64,000 nucleotides of DNA. Origin: an uncultured delta proteobacterium (GTDB taxonomy: Bacteria; Desulfobacterota; Desulfomonilia; UBA1062). Where the stretch lies: NCBI GenBank assembly GCA_963785235.1, contig CAWAUM010000002.1, positions 32,001 through 96,000 of the forward strand. Reading direction: 5' to 3'. The stretch's first letter is position 1, and each line of letters begins with the position of its first letter. The notes under the pieces are model-generated. The model was not told the origin of the DNA, did not search any database, and was given only the letters and a program-made list of their open reading frames with translations. Made by a program: the position numbers and the translations under genes. Below are positions 53,820 to 63,650 of this stretch, in pieces.

Positions 53820-54974
53820 ATGAAGAGGACCATTACCATCAGATTCGCTATCATAATGTGTGTTACACTTATCCTGGACCTCGCCTTCTTCGTAATTCCA
53901 GTCAAGGCACAAGGGCCGGTTAAGCTAGCCCTAATTATTTCCAAGACAGGTATTGCAGCCCAGGATGATATGGTGGCCATCGATGCAGCCCTTCTTGCCG
54001 TAGAGGAAATCAATGTCCAGGGAGGGCTTCTCGGACACCCCATTGAGCTGATCGTCCTTGACAATACAAGCACGCCCATCGGGGCTAAGATAGCTGCAGA
54101 GCAGGCGGTTAAGCTGGGTTCAATCGGGATAATAGGCTCATTCAGAAGCTCTCACTCCCTTGCCATGGTCCCTGTTGTCCAAAAGGCCAAGATCCCCATG
54201 ATCACCCCTTCCTCAACGAACCCGGATGTTACCCTGGGATCAGATTGCGTCTTTCGAGCCTGCTTTATCGATTCCTTCCAGGGTCTGATCATGGCGGAAT
54301 ATGCGTATAAATATCTCAATGCACGCAACGCGGTAATCCTCACCAATGCAAATGAGATATACAGCATAACACTCGCCCGGTTTTTCAAAGCAAGCTTCAC
54401 CATGAAAGGAGGTACGGTGTTTGCTGAAGATCAGTATCCCGGAACATCCGTTGATTTCACCAAGATTCTTTCCAGGGTGAAGGAACTTCGGCCTGATGTG
54501 ATTTTTATTCCCGGCTATTCACGGGACAGCGGGCTTCTGATCAATCAGTCCGTGAAAATGGGTATAAATTCCGTGTTCCTTGGCGGTGATGCATGGGATG
54601 TCGGGATCAGCCAGTATGCAGGCAAGGCCATGGAAGGGGCATACCAATCGAATCACTGGCATTCCGATGTCCCCTTTGAGCGTAATCTGCACCTCAAGAT
54701 GGCATATGAGAAAAAGTATGGCGTGAAAATCATCGAGAATATGCGCATCCCGTTGACCTATGATTCTGTGTATCTCTTTGCCGATGCGGTAAAGAGGGCA
54801 GGATCTCTCAGAACGGAAAAGATCCGTGATGCACTCTCCAAAACAAAGGATTTCAAGGGGGCTACAGGGACCATCACCTTCGATCAGAACAGGAACCCTG
54901 TAGGGAAAGAGGCCTGTATTCTGAAATTTAAAAACGGGGCATGGACATACCTGAAGTCTATGCGACAGGAATAG
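53820..54974 (+). CDS. LivK-type periplasmic binding protein
   Basis: EINVQGGLLG, FRACFIDSFQG, GGDAW, GATGTITFD. Confidence 0.88.
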   Translation: MKRTITIRFAIIMCVTLILDLAFFVIPVKAQGPVKLALIISKTGIAAQDDMVAIDAALLAVEEINVQGGLLGHPIELIVLDNTSTPIGAKIAAEQAVKLGSIGIIGSFRSSHSLAMVPVVQKAKIPMITPSSTNPDVTLGSDCVFRACFIDSFQGLIMAEYAYKYLNARNAVILTNANEIYSITLARFFKASFTMKGGTVFAEDQYPGTSVDFTKILSRVKELRPDVIFIPGYSRDSGLLINQSVKMGINSVFLGGDAWDVGISQYAGKAMEGAYQSNHWHSDVPFERNLHLKMAYEKKYGVKIIENMRIPLTYDSVYLFADAVKRAGSLRTEKIRDALSKTKDFKGATGTITFDQNRNPVGKEACILKFKNGAWTYLKSMRQE

Positions 54975-55055
54975 ACCACGATCCGGCTTCATTCATGATG
55001 CCAATTTTATTTTCTGTCGGGATTATCCCGAATAGTACGGTAAGGAAACTTGACC

Positions 55056-57134
55056 ATGAAAACCCAGCGCCTTAGGTTCAAGATCAATGCCGCAATCTTC
55101 ATAACCTGCCTGAGCGTTACCATCCTTTTCGGGGTCTACCTGTATCCTTATGAAAAAGGCAGAAGGGAGACACGAATCGAAGAGATCAAGCTTCTCATAA
55201 GTGCCATTTTTGAACAAAAGAAAGAGGAAATCGCCAACGAGATCTTTGCCCGGCAGAGGGCTGCGTTGGATAACTCACTGAATACCATTGAGGATGTAAA
55301 GGGGATTTCCGGTGTTATTGTCTATGGGATTGATGGAGGGCTCATTACCTCTACTAACCAGGCACTGATAAGTTCTATAACCAAGCAGGATCAGTCAGTG
55401 CTAAACAATGGCCCTATTTTCATCAGAAGAAACCTTAATGGTCATCCCTATGCAGAATATACCTCGGTTATTGAGGTTATCGGTGAGCGGGTAGGATTCA
55501 TAAGAATATATTACGGCCTTTCATACATGGAGCAGGAAGCTCTGAGAACCTTCGGTGTGTTTTTTTTCCTGCTCATCTCCAGCCTTGTTATCATGGCGTT
55601 CCTCCTCAATATTCTGCTCAACCGATTTGTGATCAAGCCCACGTCCTTATTAAGAGATGCCATTACCAGGCTTAAATGGGGGAAACTAGGAGATAAAGTC
55701 GATCTGATATCGAAAGATGAGATCGGCCAGGTGGGTGAGGCATTCAATGACATGTCCATCATGCTGGAGCAACAGCACAATGCGCTCCTTGAATCAATTC
55801 ATACACAGCAGAAGTACGCATTGGACCTGGAGAACGCAAACAAAAATCTTGCAAGCCTGAACACAGAGCTGGAGGATAGGGTCCAAGGGCGTACCGCAGA
55901 GCTCATGAAGATTAATGAACAACTGCAACAGGAGATTCATGAGCGTATCCTGGCGGATAATGCCCGAAAAGAGCTTGAGGAAAGGCTTTTACGCTCGCAG
56001 AAGATGGAAGCCCTGGGTCTGTTGGCAGGCGGCGTGGCACATGATCTGAACAATGTCCTGTCCGGGATCGTAAGCTACCCTGATCTGCTCCTCATGGAAC
56101 TCCCCGAGAACAGCTCCATGAGGAAACCGATACAAACCATCCGGGATTCCGGGATGAAGGCTGCGGCCATTGTGCAGGATCTGCTGACGCTGGCCCGTCG
56201 TGGTGTTATACAGACCCAAGTTTTGGATCTGAACGAAGATATCATCGGTGATTACCTCAATTCCCCCGAATATCACCGGCTCCTTTTCCGACATCCGTCG
56301 GTTACTGTTGAAACGCAGCTGGACGTGAGCCTCCTGAAGATCAAAGGATCTCCCATACATCTCAAAAAGACCATCATGAACCTGGTAATCAACGCAATGG
56401 AGGCACAGCCCGATGGCGGCCACATAGTTATATCTACGCAGAACATCTATGTGGACATGCCCTTAACAGGCTACGATCAGGTGTCTGCAGGCGACTACGT
56501 TGTCCTTAAGGTGCAGGACAACGGCACTGGAATCGAGAAAGAGGATCTGAAGCGGATCTTCGAGCCCTTCTATTCCAAAAAGGTCCTGGGCAGAAGCGGC
56601 ACAGGCCTGGGCATGGCAGTAGTGTGGGGAACCGCCCAGGACCATCAGGGGTACATCAATGTGAACAGCACGCCGGGAAAAGGAACATCCTTTGAGCTCT
56701 ATTTCCCGGTCACCCGGGAAGAGATCGCACCGGAGAATGATATCGTGCCTGTTAAAGATTACCTAGGTGGCGGCGAGGTGATCCTTGTGGTGGATGATAT
56801 GGAGAATCAGCGCGATATCGCATCGAACATCCTCTCCAGATTGAATTACAAGGTGATCTCTACCGCCAGCGGTGAAGATGCGGTGGAATTCCTGAAAGAC
56901 GGATCTGCAGACCTCGTGCTCCTTGATATGATCATGGACCCGGGCATGGACGGCCTGGACACCTACAGGAAAATCATCGAGATCCATCCTGGGCAGAAGG
57001 CCATTATCGCAAGCGGATATGCGGAAAGCGAGCGTGTAAAAGAGGCCCAGGTCCTCGGTGTGAGCCGGTACATCAGAAAACCCTATACCATTGAAAATCT
57101 CGGTGTGACTATCAAGTCCGAGCTCTTGCGTTGA
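55056..57134 (+). CDS. Hybrid sensor kinase (HAMP-HisKA-HATPase-REC)
   Basis: GGVAHDLNN, DNGTGI, GTGLG, LLDMIM, KPY. Confidence 0.93.
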   Translation: MKTQRLRFKINAAIFITCLSVTILFGVYLYPYEKGRRETRIEEIKLLISAIFEQKKEEIANEIFARQRAALDNSLNTIEDVKGISGVIVYGIDGGLITSTNQALISSITKQDQSVLNNGPIFIRRNLNGHPYAEYTSVIEVIGERVGFIRIYYGLSYMEQEALRTFGVFFFLLISSLVIMAFLLNILLNRFVIKPTSLLRDAITRLKWGKLGDKVDLISKDEIGQVGEAFNDMSIMLEQQHNALLESIHTQQKYALDLENANKNLASLNTELEDRVQGRTAELMKINEQLQQEIHERILADNARKELEERLLRSQKMEALGLLAGGVAHDLNNVLSGIVSYPDLLLMELPENSSMRKPIQTIRDSGMKAAAIVQDLLTLARRGVIQTQVLDLNEDIIGDYLNSPEYHRLLFRHPSVTVETQLDVSLLKIKGSPIHLKKTIMNLVINAMEAQPDGGHIVISTQNIYVDMPLTGYDQVSAGDYVVLKVQDNGTGIEKEDLKRIFEPFYSKKVLGRSGTGLGMAVVWGTAQDHQGYINVNSTPGKGTSFELYFPVTREEIAPENDIVPVKDYLGGGEVILVVDDMENQRDIASNILSRLNYKVISTASGEDAVEFLKDGSADLVLLDMIMDPGMDGLDTYRKIIEIHPGQKAIIASGYAESERVKEAQVLGVSRYIRKPYTIENLGVTIKSELLR

Positions 57135-57178
57135 AACAACGGGTTTCTTCTAGGCCCCCACAGTCAATGCCCATCTCT

Positions 57179-57460
57179 TTAATTCTTGAACACACCGAGT
57201 TTCACCGGCAGCCACCAGGTGATGCCGTATACGAGCGTCTTGATGAGGGTACTCTTAGCTGAGATGCCGGAAGCTGCACCTATACCGCGTGCTACGAGAA
57301 GCTCAAGTGGATGACCGAACAGCCATGTGAAGGCAACTGTTTTCCAAAGTTTTTTGAGCGTCTCGTTCTTGAAGGGCTTTACGAGGCCTGTGACGGCGAA
57401 GATCCACCCACAGACTGCTCCAACCATCATGATATACCAGAATCCCTTGCTCTTGATCAT
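57179..57460 (-). CDS. Small membrane hypothetical protein
   Basis: 93 aa with hydrophobic segments. Confidence 0.65.
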   Translation of the reverse strand: MIKSKGFWYIMMVGAVCGWIFAVTGLVKPFKNETLKKLWKTVAFTWLFGHPLELLVARGIGAASGISAKSTLIKTLVYGITWWLPVKLGVFKN

Positions 57461-57617
57461 TTAAGCCCCCTTATCAATGCATTGTACGAAAGAATAGTAC
57501 CAGATAAGGATAGTTCGGGCGATATAAAAAAACACTCACAATAGATAAGATTCCGGATATAAGACCTCAAGCGAGGGTTCTTCGGCACCTACCTATTCAC
57601 CGGATCCTGGTTCATAT

Positions 57618-58394
57618 TCAGTTAGTTATCTCAGCCACAGCCCTGATCCACCCCGCGCTAGCCCCCTTGATTTTGATGGGGAAGCAATAGAAGGTAAAGC
57701 CGGTTGCTGGGAGCTTGTCCAGGTTGGTGAGCTTCTCGATCTGGAAATACCCTTTATCGATGCCTGCGAAATGGCCTTCCCAGATTACAGAAGCATCTTT
57801 GGTACGCTCGAAATCCTCCGCCTGGAAGGGCAACGGCCTGTCCCAGCTCCAGGCGTCGGTGCCCACCACGTGTACGCCCTGCTCCACAAGCCATAGTGTG
57901 GCCTCGCGGCCGAATCCTGAGCCTTTCACGAGGTACTCGGGTTTTCCCCAGTAGGGGGCTGCGCCGCTCTGGGCAAGGAAGATATCTCCTTCCTGAAGCG
58001 AATAGCCTATTATATCGAGTTCCTTCTTGATGTCCGCAGAGGTGATATTATACCCGTCGGGCTTTGCAGAAAAATCAACTTTCACGCCGCCCCCTACAGC
58101 CCATTCCAGGGGGAACTGGTCGATAGTAAGGGCAGGTGAGCCTTTGTCCTGGGTTGGGTGGTAGTGCCAGGGCGCATCCATGTGTGTGCCTGCGTGCGTT
58201 GATACCTCCAGTATCTCGATAGCCCACCCCAAGCCACCGGGAAGATCCTTCTCCGTGAGGCCCGGATAGAAGAGCTTCATGGTTTCCGTCCCAAGCCTGT
58301 GATCGAGATAGGTTATCTTGGGGATCATCATGGGCGGATCACTGGGCAGGCTGTTTTCAATGGCAATGGAGAGGTCTATGAAGGTCCTGGGCAT
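57618..58394 (-). CDS. Cyclase/kynurenine formamidase family protein
   Basis: IDLS, HAGTHMDAP, GTD, IEKLTNL. Confidence 0.88.
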   Translation of the reverse strand: MPRTFIDLSIAIENSLPSDPPMMIPKITYLDHRLGTETMKLFYPGLTEKDLPGGLGWAIEILEVSTHAGTHMDAPWHYHPTQDKGSPALTIDQFPLEWAVGGGVKVDFSAKPDGYNITSADIKKELDIIGYSLQEGDIFLAQSGAAPYWGKPEYLVKGSGFGREATLWLVEQGVHVVGTDAWSWDRPLPFQAEDFERTKDASVIWEGHFAGIDKGYFQIEKLTNLDKLPATGFTFYCFPIKIKGASAGWIRAVAEITN

Positions 58395-58526
58395 GGCGCC
58401 TCCTTTTTTTATTTCTTTGTGCAAGGACTTTTACGTGGCATGCGGATTCGTTGTCAAGAAAGGGATGTATCATGATACTCTACCGGCTCCTTGACAGGCG
58501 AAGCCTTCACGGTTAACGTACGAAAC

Positions 58527-58844
58527 ATGGAAGTCGACTTTAAGGAACTCGTCAAAAAGGCTCAACAGCTTCAGTCCCGCATCAAGGAGATTCAGGAACA
58601 GCTTGCGCGCAAGAACGTAACCGTGGATTCCGGCGGGGGCATGGTGACCGTGACGGTAAACGGCAGACAGGAACTCGTTTCCATAAAGCTCGACCCGCTG
58701 TGTGTGGACATAAGGGATGTCCCCATGCTTGAAGACCTCATTCTGACTGCGGTGAACCAGGGTATACGCCGATCGCGCGAGCTCGCGGCAGAAGAGCTGA
58801 AGCAGATCACCGGGGGCCTCCCCCTGCCCATTGACCTGCTTTGA
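58527..58844 (+). CDS. ybaB: YbaB/EbfC nucleoid-associated protein
   Basis: SGGGMVTVTVNG, MLEDLI; upstream of recR. Confidence 0.92.
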   Translation: MEVDFKELVKKAQQLQSRIKEIQEQLARKNVTVDSGGGMVTVTVNGRQELVSIKLDPLCVDIRDVPMLEDLILTAVNQGIRRSRELAAEELKQITGGLPLPIDLL

Positions 58845-58845
58845 T

Positions 58846-59460
58846 ATGGACCCCTACCCCAAGCCCCTAAGGGACCTCATCAGCCAGCTCAAACGCCTCC
58901 CCGGTATCGGCGAAAAGACAGCAACCCGCTTGGCGCTCTTCATCCTGGCAGACAGAAAGAACCTGGCCGAAGAGCTTGCAACGACATTGAAAACGGTTCG
59001 CGAGCAGATCAGGCTTTGCCCGGCATGCTTCAACCTCACGGATCGTCAGAAATGTTCCATCTGCCTCAACCCCTCACGAGACCAGACACAGATCTGCGTT
59101 GTCGAAGAACCGAGCGATGTGTTGGCCCTGGAGTCGGCAAACACCTACAAGGGCCTTTACCATGTACTCCACGGGCTCATGTCACCCATGAGCGGCATCG
59201 GTCCTGAAGACATCAAGCTCTCCGAGCTCCTTGAGAGGCTCAAGGGCTCTTCGGTAAGCGAGGTGATCGTGGCTACAAATCCCTCGGTGGAGGGAGAAGG
59301 CACATTCCACTACATCAACAAGATAATCCATGATGCGGGTCTGAGCGTAACGGTGAGCAGGATTGCTTCCGGTGTCCCTATGGGAGGGGAACTGAAATAT
59401 ATGGACCAGGTGACACTTGCCAGCGCGTTACGCTACCGCCGGAACATCAAGGACTTCTAA
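58846..59460 (+). CDS. recR: Recombination mediator RecR
   Basis: LPGIGEKTA, C4 zinc finger, YHVLHG, TOPRIM. Confidence 0.96.
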   Translation: MDPYPKPLRDLISQLKRLPGIGEKTATRLALFILADRKNLAEELATTLKTVREQIRLCPACFNLTDRQKCSICLNPSRDQTQICVVEEPSDVLALESANTYKGLYHVLHGLMSPMSGIGPEDIKLSELLERLKGSSVSEVIVATNPSVEGEGTFHYINKIIHDAGLSVTVSRIASGVPMGGELKYMDQVTLASALRYRRNIKDF

Positions 59461-59473
59461 AGAGGAGATATTG

Positions 59474-60760
59474 ATGGGTAAATTCGCCGTGCAAGGTGGG
59501 TATGTCATAAAATCGGCCCGTGACGTTCTCAAAGACCAGTATGTCATCGTGGATGACTCAAAAATAACTGAAATCACCCCGGATCTCCCCCAGGGCATCA
59601 CCGAGGTCTTAGGAGGCCCTGATGATATCGTCATGCCGGGGCTCATCAACACCCATACCCATGCAGCCATGACACTTTTCAGGGGCATGGCCGATGACAT
59701 GCCCCTCATGACTTGGCTCCAGGAGCATATCTTCCCTGCTGAGGCCAAGTACGTAAACAAGGAGTTCGTCTACATCGGGTCGCTCCTGGCAGCCTGGGAG
59801 ATGACCCGGTCCGGCACTACGTCATTCTGCGACGGGTATTTCTATGAGGATGAGGTAGGCAGGGCCGCCAAGGAGATCGGCATCAGGGCATGGATAGGAG
59901 AGGGCATCCTCCAGTTTTCCACACCATCCCTTTCAGATCCCAATCGGACAATCGAACACGCCCGCAATTTTATCGAGCGCTGGCTGGACGAAGAGATGGT
60001 CCGGCCATCTGTTTTTCCCCATGCCATATATACCTGCACCACGAAGCTCCTGAAAGAGGCCTATGCGCTTACAGAAGAGCATGACCTTATCTACCAGATC
60101 CATCTGAGCGAAACAGCCGCAGAGGTTGAGCAGATCAGGCAGGACTACAATATGACCCCCGTTGAGTACCTGGACTCCATCGGGTGCCTCTCGAAACAGA
60201 CACTGGCCGCCCATTGTGTGGTCATTACCGACAAAGACATCGCATTGCTGGCAAAAAGAGGGGTCTCTGTTGCACATAATGCTGAGAGCAACATGAAACT
60301 CGCATCCGGCATTGCCCCGGTACCTGCCATGATCAAGGCCGGGGTGAACGTCTGCATCGGTACCGACGGATGCGCGAGCAACAACAACCTTGACATGATC
60401 GGCGAGATCTCAACAGTGGCAAAACTGCACAAGATTTCCTCTATGGACCCTACTGTGCTCGATGAATGCACGGCCTTGGCCCTTGTGACAGAAAACGGCG
60501 CGAAGGCGTTGCATTTTAACGGCGGGAGGATAGAACCCGGCAGGCCTGCGGACATTGTGGTTCTGGGCGGTAAGGCCCCGAACATGGTCCCTGTGTATAA
60601 CCCGGTCTCTCATATTATTTATGCCGCCACCGGGGGGAACGTGAAAGACGTGATCATTAACGGCAAGATCATTGTGAAAAGTTCCAAATCGCTTACCGTG
60701 GATGAAGAATCCCTGATTAAGGAATGCCGATCAATTCAGGAACACATCAGCAGGCCTTGA
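59474..60760 (+). CDS. mtaD: Amidohydrolase, MTA/SAH deaminase-like
   Basis: PGLINTHTH, HLSE, AHC, SNMKLASG, GTDG.ASNN. Confidence 0.8.
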   Translation: MGKFAVQGGYVIKSARDVLKDQYVIVDDSKITEITPDLPQGITEVLGGPDDIVMPGLINTHTHAAMTLFRGMADDMPLMTWLQEHIFPAEAKYVNKEFVYIGSLLAAWEMTRSGTTSFCDGYFYEDEVGRAAKEIGIRAWIGEGILQFSTPSLSDPNRTIEHARNFIERWLDEEMVRPSVFPHAIYTCTTKLLKEAYALTEEHDLIYQIHLSETAAEVEQIRQDYNMTPVEYLDSIGCLSKQTLAAHCVVITDKDIALLAKRGVSVAHNAESNMKLASGIAPVPAMIKAGVNVCIGTDGCASNNNLDMIGEISTVAKLHKISSMDPTVLDECTALALVTENGAKALHFNGGRIEPGRPADIVVLGGKAPNMVPVYNPVSHIIYAATGGNVKDVIINGKIIVKSSKSLTVDEESLIKECRSIQEHISRP

Positions 60761-60780
60761 CGGAAAAGAATACCTCATAA

Positions 60781-60891
60781 GGGGAAGTCTTTTCCCCAGC
60801 CCTTGCAGCCCGGACCATTACTATTCCTGCCTTTCGTCTTGTTGGCAAGGCCTTTGCTTTCTATCAAGCGCAGCAAATATTTTGCCGATAA
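60781..60891 (+). promoter_or_regulatory. flgL promoter region: palindrome, sigma54 and sigma28 elements
   Basis: GGGGAA-GTCTT-TTCCCC 60781-60797; TGGCAA-GGCCT-TTGC 60843-60857; GCCGATAA 60884-60891. Confidence 0.6.
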
Positions 60892-60900
60892 GGATAAAAT

Positions 60901-61902
60901 ATGAAGATCACCAACAGATTACTCTATTCTCAGCTCAACAAAGATATCTCACAGAACACGGAGATTCTGTTCAGGCTCAGTGGCAAGATATCTTCTGGAA
61001 AGCGCATCAACGCACCTTCCGATGACCCACTGGGGCTCTCCAGCGTATTGACCCACCGGACAGAGCTGAACATGTTCGATCAATACGGAAAATCCATCAA
61101 CTACGCCACAGGGTGGCTCAGCAGGATGGAATCACTCATCCAGGATACCGATGACCTCCTGGCCAGGGTCAGTGAGATTGCTGTTCAGCAGACCTCCGCC
61201 ACCTCCACTGCCGAGACAAGGCAGGGTGCAGCTGATGAAATCAAGCAGATTAGGTCAATGCTTTTAAGTAACGCTAATGCAAAGTACGGCAATAAGTACA
61301 TCTTCAGCGGCACTAGGACCCAGACCCAACCCTTCCTCTCTGTTGATGCCGATAATTTAGGGGCGGATGTACCCACCGTAGCCGACCTTCCTTCCTCCGC
61401 CACTGAGGGCGATGCTGCCTTCGTGACTACTCCGGGCGAGTTGTACGTCTTTAATGAAGGCCAGTGGAAGTCCACCTACCAGGGTAATGATTCCACCTTT
61501 TCATTGCAGATCGGCAGAGGGAGTAATGTCCAAACCAATATCCCGGGCAGCTCAGTCTTCTCGAACCCGCAGGGAGACGCCGCCATGACACTCCTGCGTC
61601 TTGAGAAGGCACTGCGGGATAACGATACCACAGGCATTCGAGCGGAGATACCCAATATCGGGAAATCAAGCATAATTCTCAATAATAACCTTGCCTTAAT
61701 TGGCGCCAATATGAACAAGATTGACCATACGAAAACGGTCATCGATACTGCCAAGGTTGATACCAAGGAGAGTATTTCGAACATAGAGGATCTCGATTAT
61801 GCCGAGGCCATAACTTCGCTTCAGAACCAACAGACCATCTACCAGGCGACATTGAAGAGCGCCTCCATGATCACTGGTTTGAGTCTCGTTGATTACATCT
61901 AG
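60901..61902 (+). CDS. flgL: Flagellar hook-associated protein 3
   Basis: SGKRINAPSDDP, YIFSG, EDLDYAEA, SLVDYI. Confidence 0.9.
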   Translation: MKITNRLLYSQLNKDISQNTEILFRLSGKISSGKRINAPSDDPLGLSSVLTHRTELNMFDQYGKSINYATGWLSRMESLIQDTDDLLARVSEIAVQQTSATSTAETRQGAADEIKQIRSMLLSNANAKYGNKYIFSGTRTQTQPFLSVDADNLGADVPTVADLPSSATEGDAAFVTTPGELYVFNEGQWKSTYQGNDSTFSLQIGRGSNVQTNIPGSSVFSNPQGDAAMTLLRLEKALRDNDTTGIRAEIPNIGKSSIILNNNLALIGANMNKIDHTKTVIDTAKVDTKESISNIEDLDYAEAITSLQNQQTIYQATLKSASMITGLSLVDYI

Positions 61903-61916
61903 CAGGGGGATTAATC

Positions 61917-62366
61917 TTGGATATTGAAACGCTGCGTTTCGGAAAGATAGCGGTTCAGGAAGATAAGGTCATAACGTTCCCAAGGGGTATCCTAGGGTTT
62001 GCCAAGAACAAACAATACCTCCTGTTCCCCCATAGTGAAGATTCACCCTTCTTATGGCTCCAGAGCGTGGAAGATGGCGACCTGGCCTTTGTGGTAATGA
62101 ATCCACGTCTTGTAAAGGCCGATTATTCCCTTGATGTGGATCAGAATGTCTTGAACGAGCTCGATGCCAAGCAGGAGACTGACCTTGAGGTTGTCTGCAT
62201 AGTCACCATACCCCGGAATGACCCCAAGCGCATGACGATCAACCTTTTAGGCCCCATCATCATCAATGCCAAGAGCCGCAGTGCCGTGCAGGTCATCTGC
62301 GACAAGCAGAGCTATTCGCACCAGCACCCGGTGGTTTCAGGGCAGCAGGCACAAGCCAGTCAATGA
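61917..62366 (+). CDS. fliW: Flagellar assembly factor FliW
   Basis: RFG, FPRGILGF, WLQS, LAF, TINLLGPIIIN. Confidence 0.92.
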   Translation: MDIETLRFGKIAVQEDKVITFPRGILGFAKNKQYLLFPHSEDSPFLWLQSVEDGDLAFVVMNPRLVKADYSLDVDQNVLNELDAKQETDLEVVCIVTIPRNDPKRMTINLLGPIIINAKSRSAVQVICDKQSYSHQHPVVSGQQAQASQ

Positions 62367-62408
62367 GTATATGTTGACTGCTGACTTGTAACAAAAAAGG
62401 AATACCTT

Positions 62409-62711
62409 TTATTTTCCCATCTTTTTTTGGGTCTTTACCTGTGCCTTCATGGACTTTTTGATGAGCTTCTGCTGGTCCTTAGAAGTCTCCTCTCCCGGAT
62501 CAAGTCTCATTCCGTTACCGGGCAAAGGCTCTTGCCTGGATGGAGGAACACTGACCGAAGGCCCTGCTCCTGCATGTGCGTCATGCTTCTTTTTTTGAAA
62601 GAATAACAGAATTGTCCTGCCCAGGGCTTTCCCGAAAAAGCCGATAAATCCGGTGATAAAAATCAGTGCCGCCCAAGTGGCCACTTCGGCCGGGCTCACA
62701 TGCTCGAACAT
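62409..62711 (-). CDS. Hypothetical single-TM protein
   Basis: TM segment, Pro-rich linker, Lys-rich tail. Confidence 0.6.
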   Translation of the reverse strand: MFEHVSPAEVATWAALIFITGFIGFFGKALGRTILLFFQKKKHDAHAGAGPSVSVPPSRQEPLPGNGMRLDPGEETSKDQQKLIKKSMKAQVKTQKKMGK

Positions 62712-62840
62712 GGCCACATCTTAACCCAGAAGTCCAGGGCGTGCAATGCTTGAACCTATTATAGATCGCATCAAAATCAATATTACATTTCCTGCCCTTT
62801 TTCTTGACTCATACGATCATGAAGAACTATACATCACAGC

Positions 62841-63353
62841 GTGGACAGACCATACCGAAATGTCATCTCCTTTGTCGCCCTGGGAACAAACAGCGGAAAG
62901 ACGTATCTTATGGAGCGCCTCATAACCGAACTGAAGAGTCGGGGCAGGAAGGTAACCGCAGTGAAACATGCCATGCACGGGCATGCCGTTGATCCTGAGG
63001 GCAAGGATACTCACAAGTTCGCCCAGTCAGGGGCTGACCGCATCATCCTGTTTTCACCGGACGGGCTTTTGATGTACGAGGCAAGACACCCCGAAACAGA
63101 CTATCTCTACACCATTGCATCCCAAGACATGGACATCGTGCTTGTGGAAGGATTCAAGAGCGGACCTTTCAGAAAGATCGAGGTCTTCAACGAAGAAAAC
63201 TACACCACTCCTTTGTGTGTGGGAGAGCCGGGCCAAGGGTACCTGGCCATTGTGAGCAGGGCGCCGGTTGATACAGACATCCCCCAGTTCCGTTTCGAAG
63301 ACATCGTTGCCATTGCGGCCTTTATCGAGGAACATACCTGCCAGGGCCGATAA
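62841..63353 (+). CDS. mobB: Molybdopterin-guanine dinucleotide biosynthesis protein B
   Basis: NSGKT, VKH, GKDT, LVEGFK, KIEV. Confidence 0.9.
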   Translation: MDRPYRNVISFVALGTNSGKTYLMERLITELKSRGRKVTAVKHAMHGHAVDPEGKDTHKFAQSGADRIILFSPDGLLMYEARHPETDYLYTIASQDMDIVLVEGFKSGPFRKIEVFNEENYTTPLCVGEPGQGYLAIVSRAPVDTDIPQFRFEDIVAIAAFIEEHTCQGR

Positions 63354-63429
63354 TCTCCGGCGGATTAGTAAGCTGTGAATGTAAGCATTCCGTAAGTTCT
63401 CCAACTCATATCACCTTTGTGTATATATG

Positions 63430-63605
63430 GCGGGTGGCCGTGTGGCTATATTGTACGGCTTACCTATCCGCTGCTGGCCGGGCGCTACGAGGTGGGAGGC
63501 ATGAGCGCCGTTGTGTTCCGCGGCACAGGCACATGGGGCCCGCGCATGCGCCTGTGGCAACCAGGAGAGATCAACCGGGTGACCCTGCATGAAAGGCGGG
63601 GCTAA
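63430..63605 (+). pseudogene. C-terminal remnant of YkuE-type metallophosphoesterase
   Basis: GRYEVG..VFRGTGTWGPRMRLWQPGEI; no catalytic N-terminal part. Confidence 0.55.
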
Positions 63606-63650
63606 TCATATCTTCCCTCGCTGAATAAACTGTGTTAAAGGCACTGCTCT

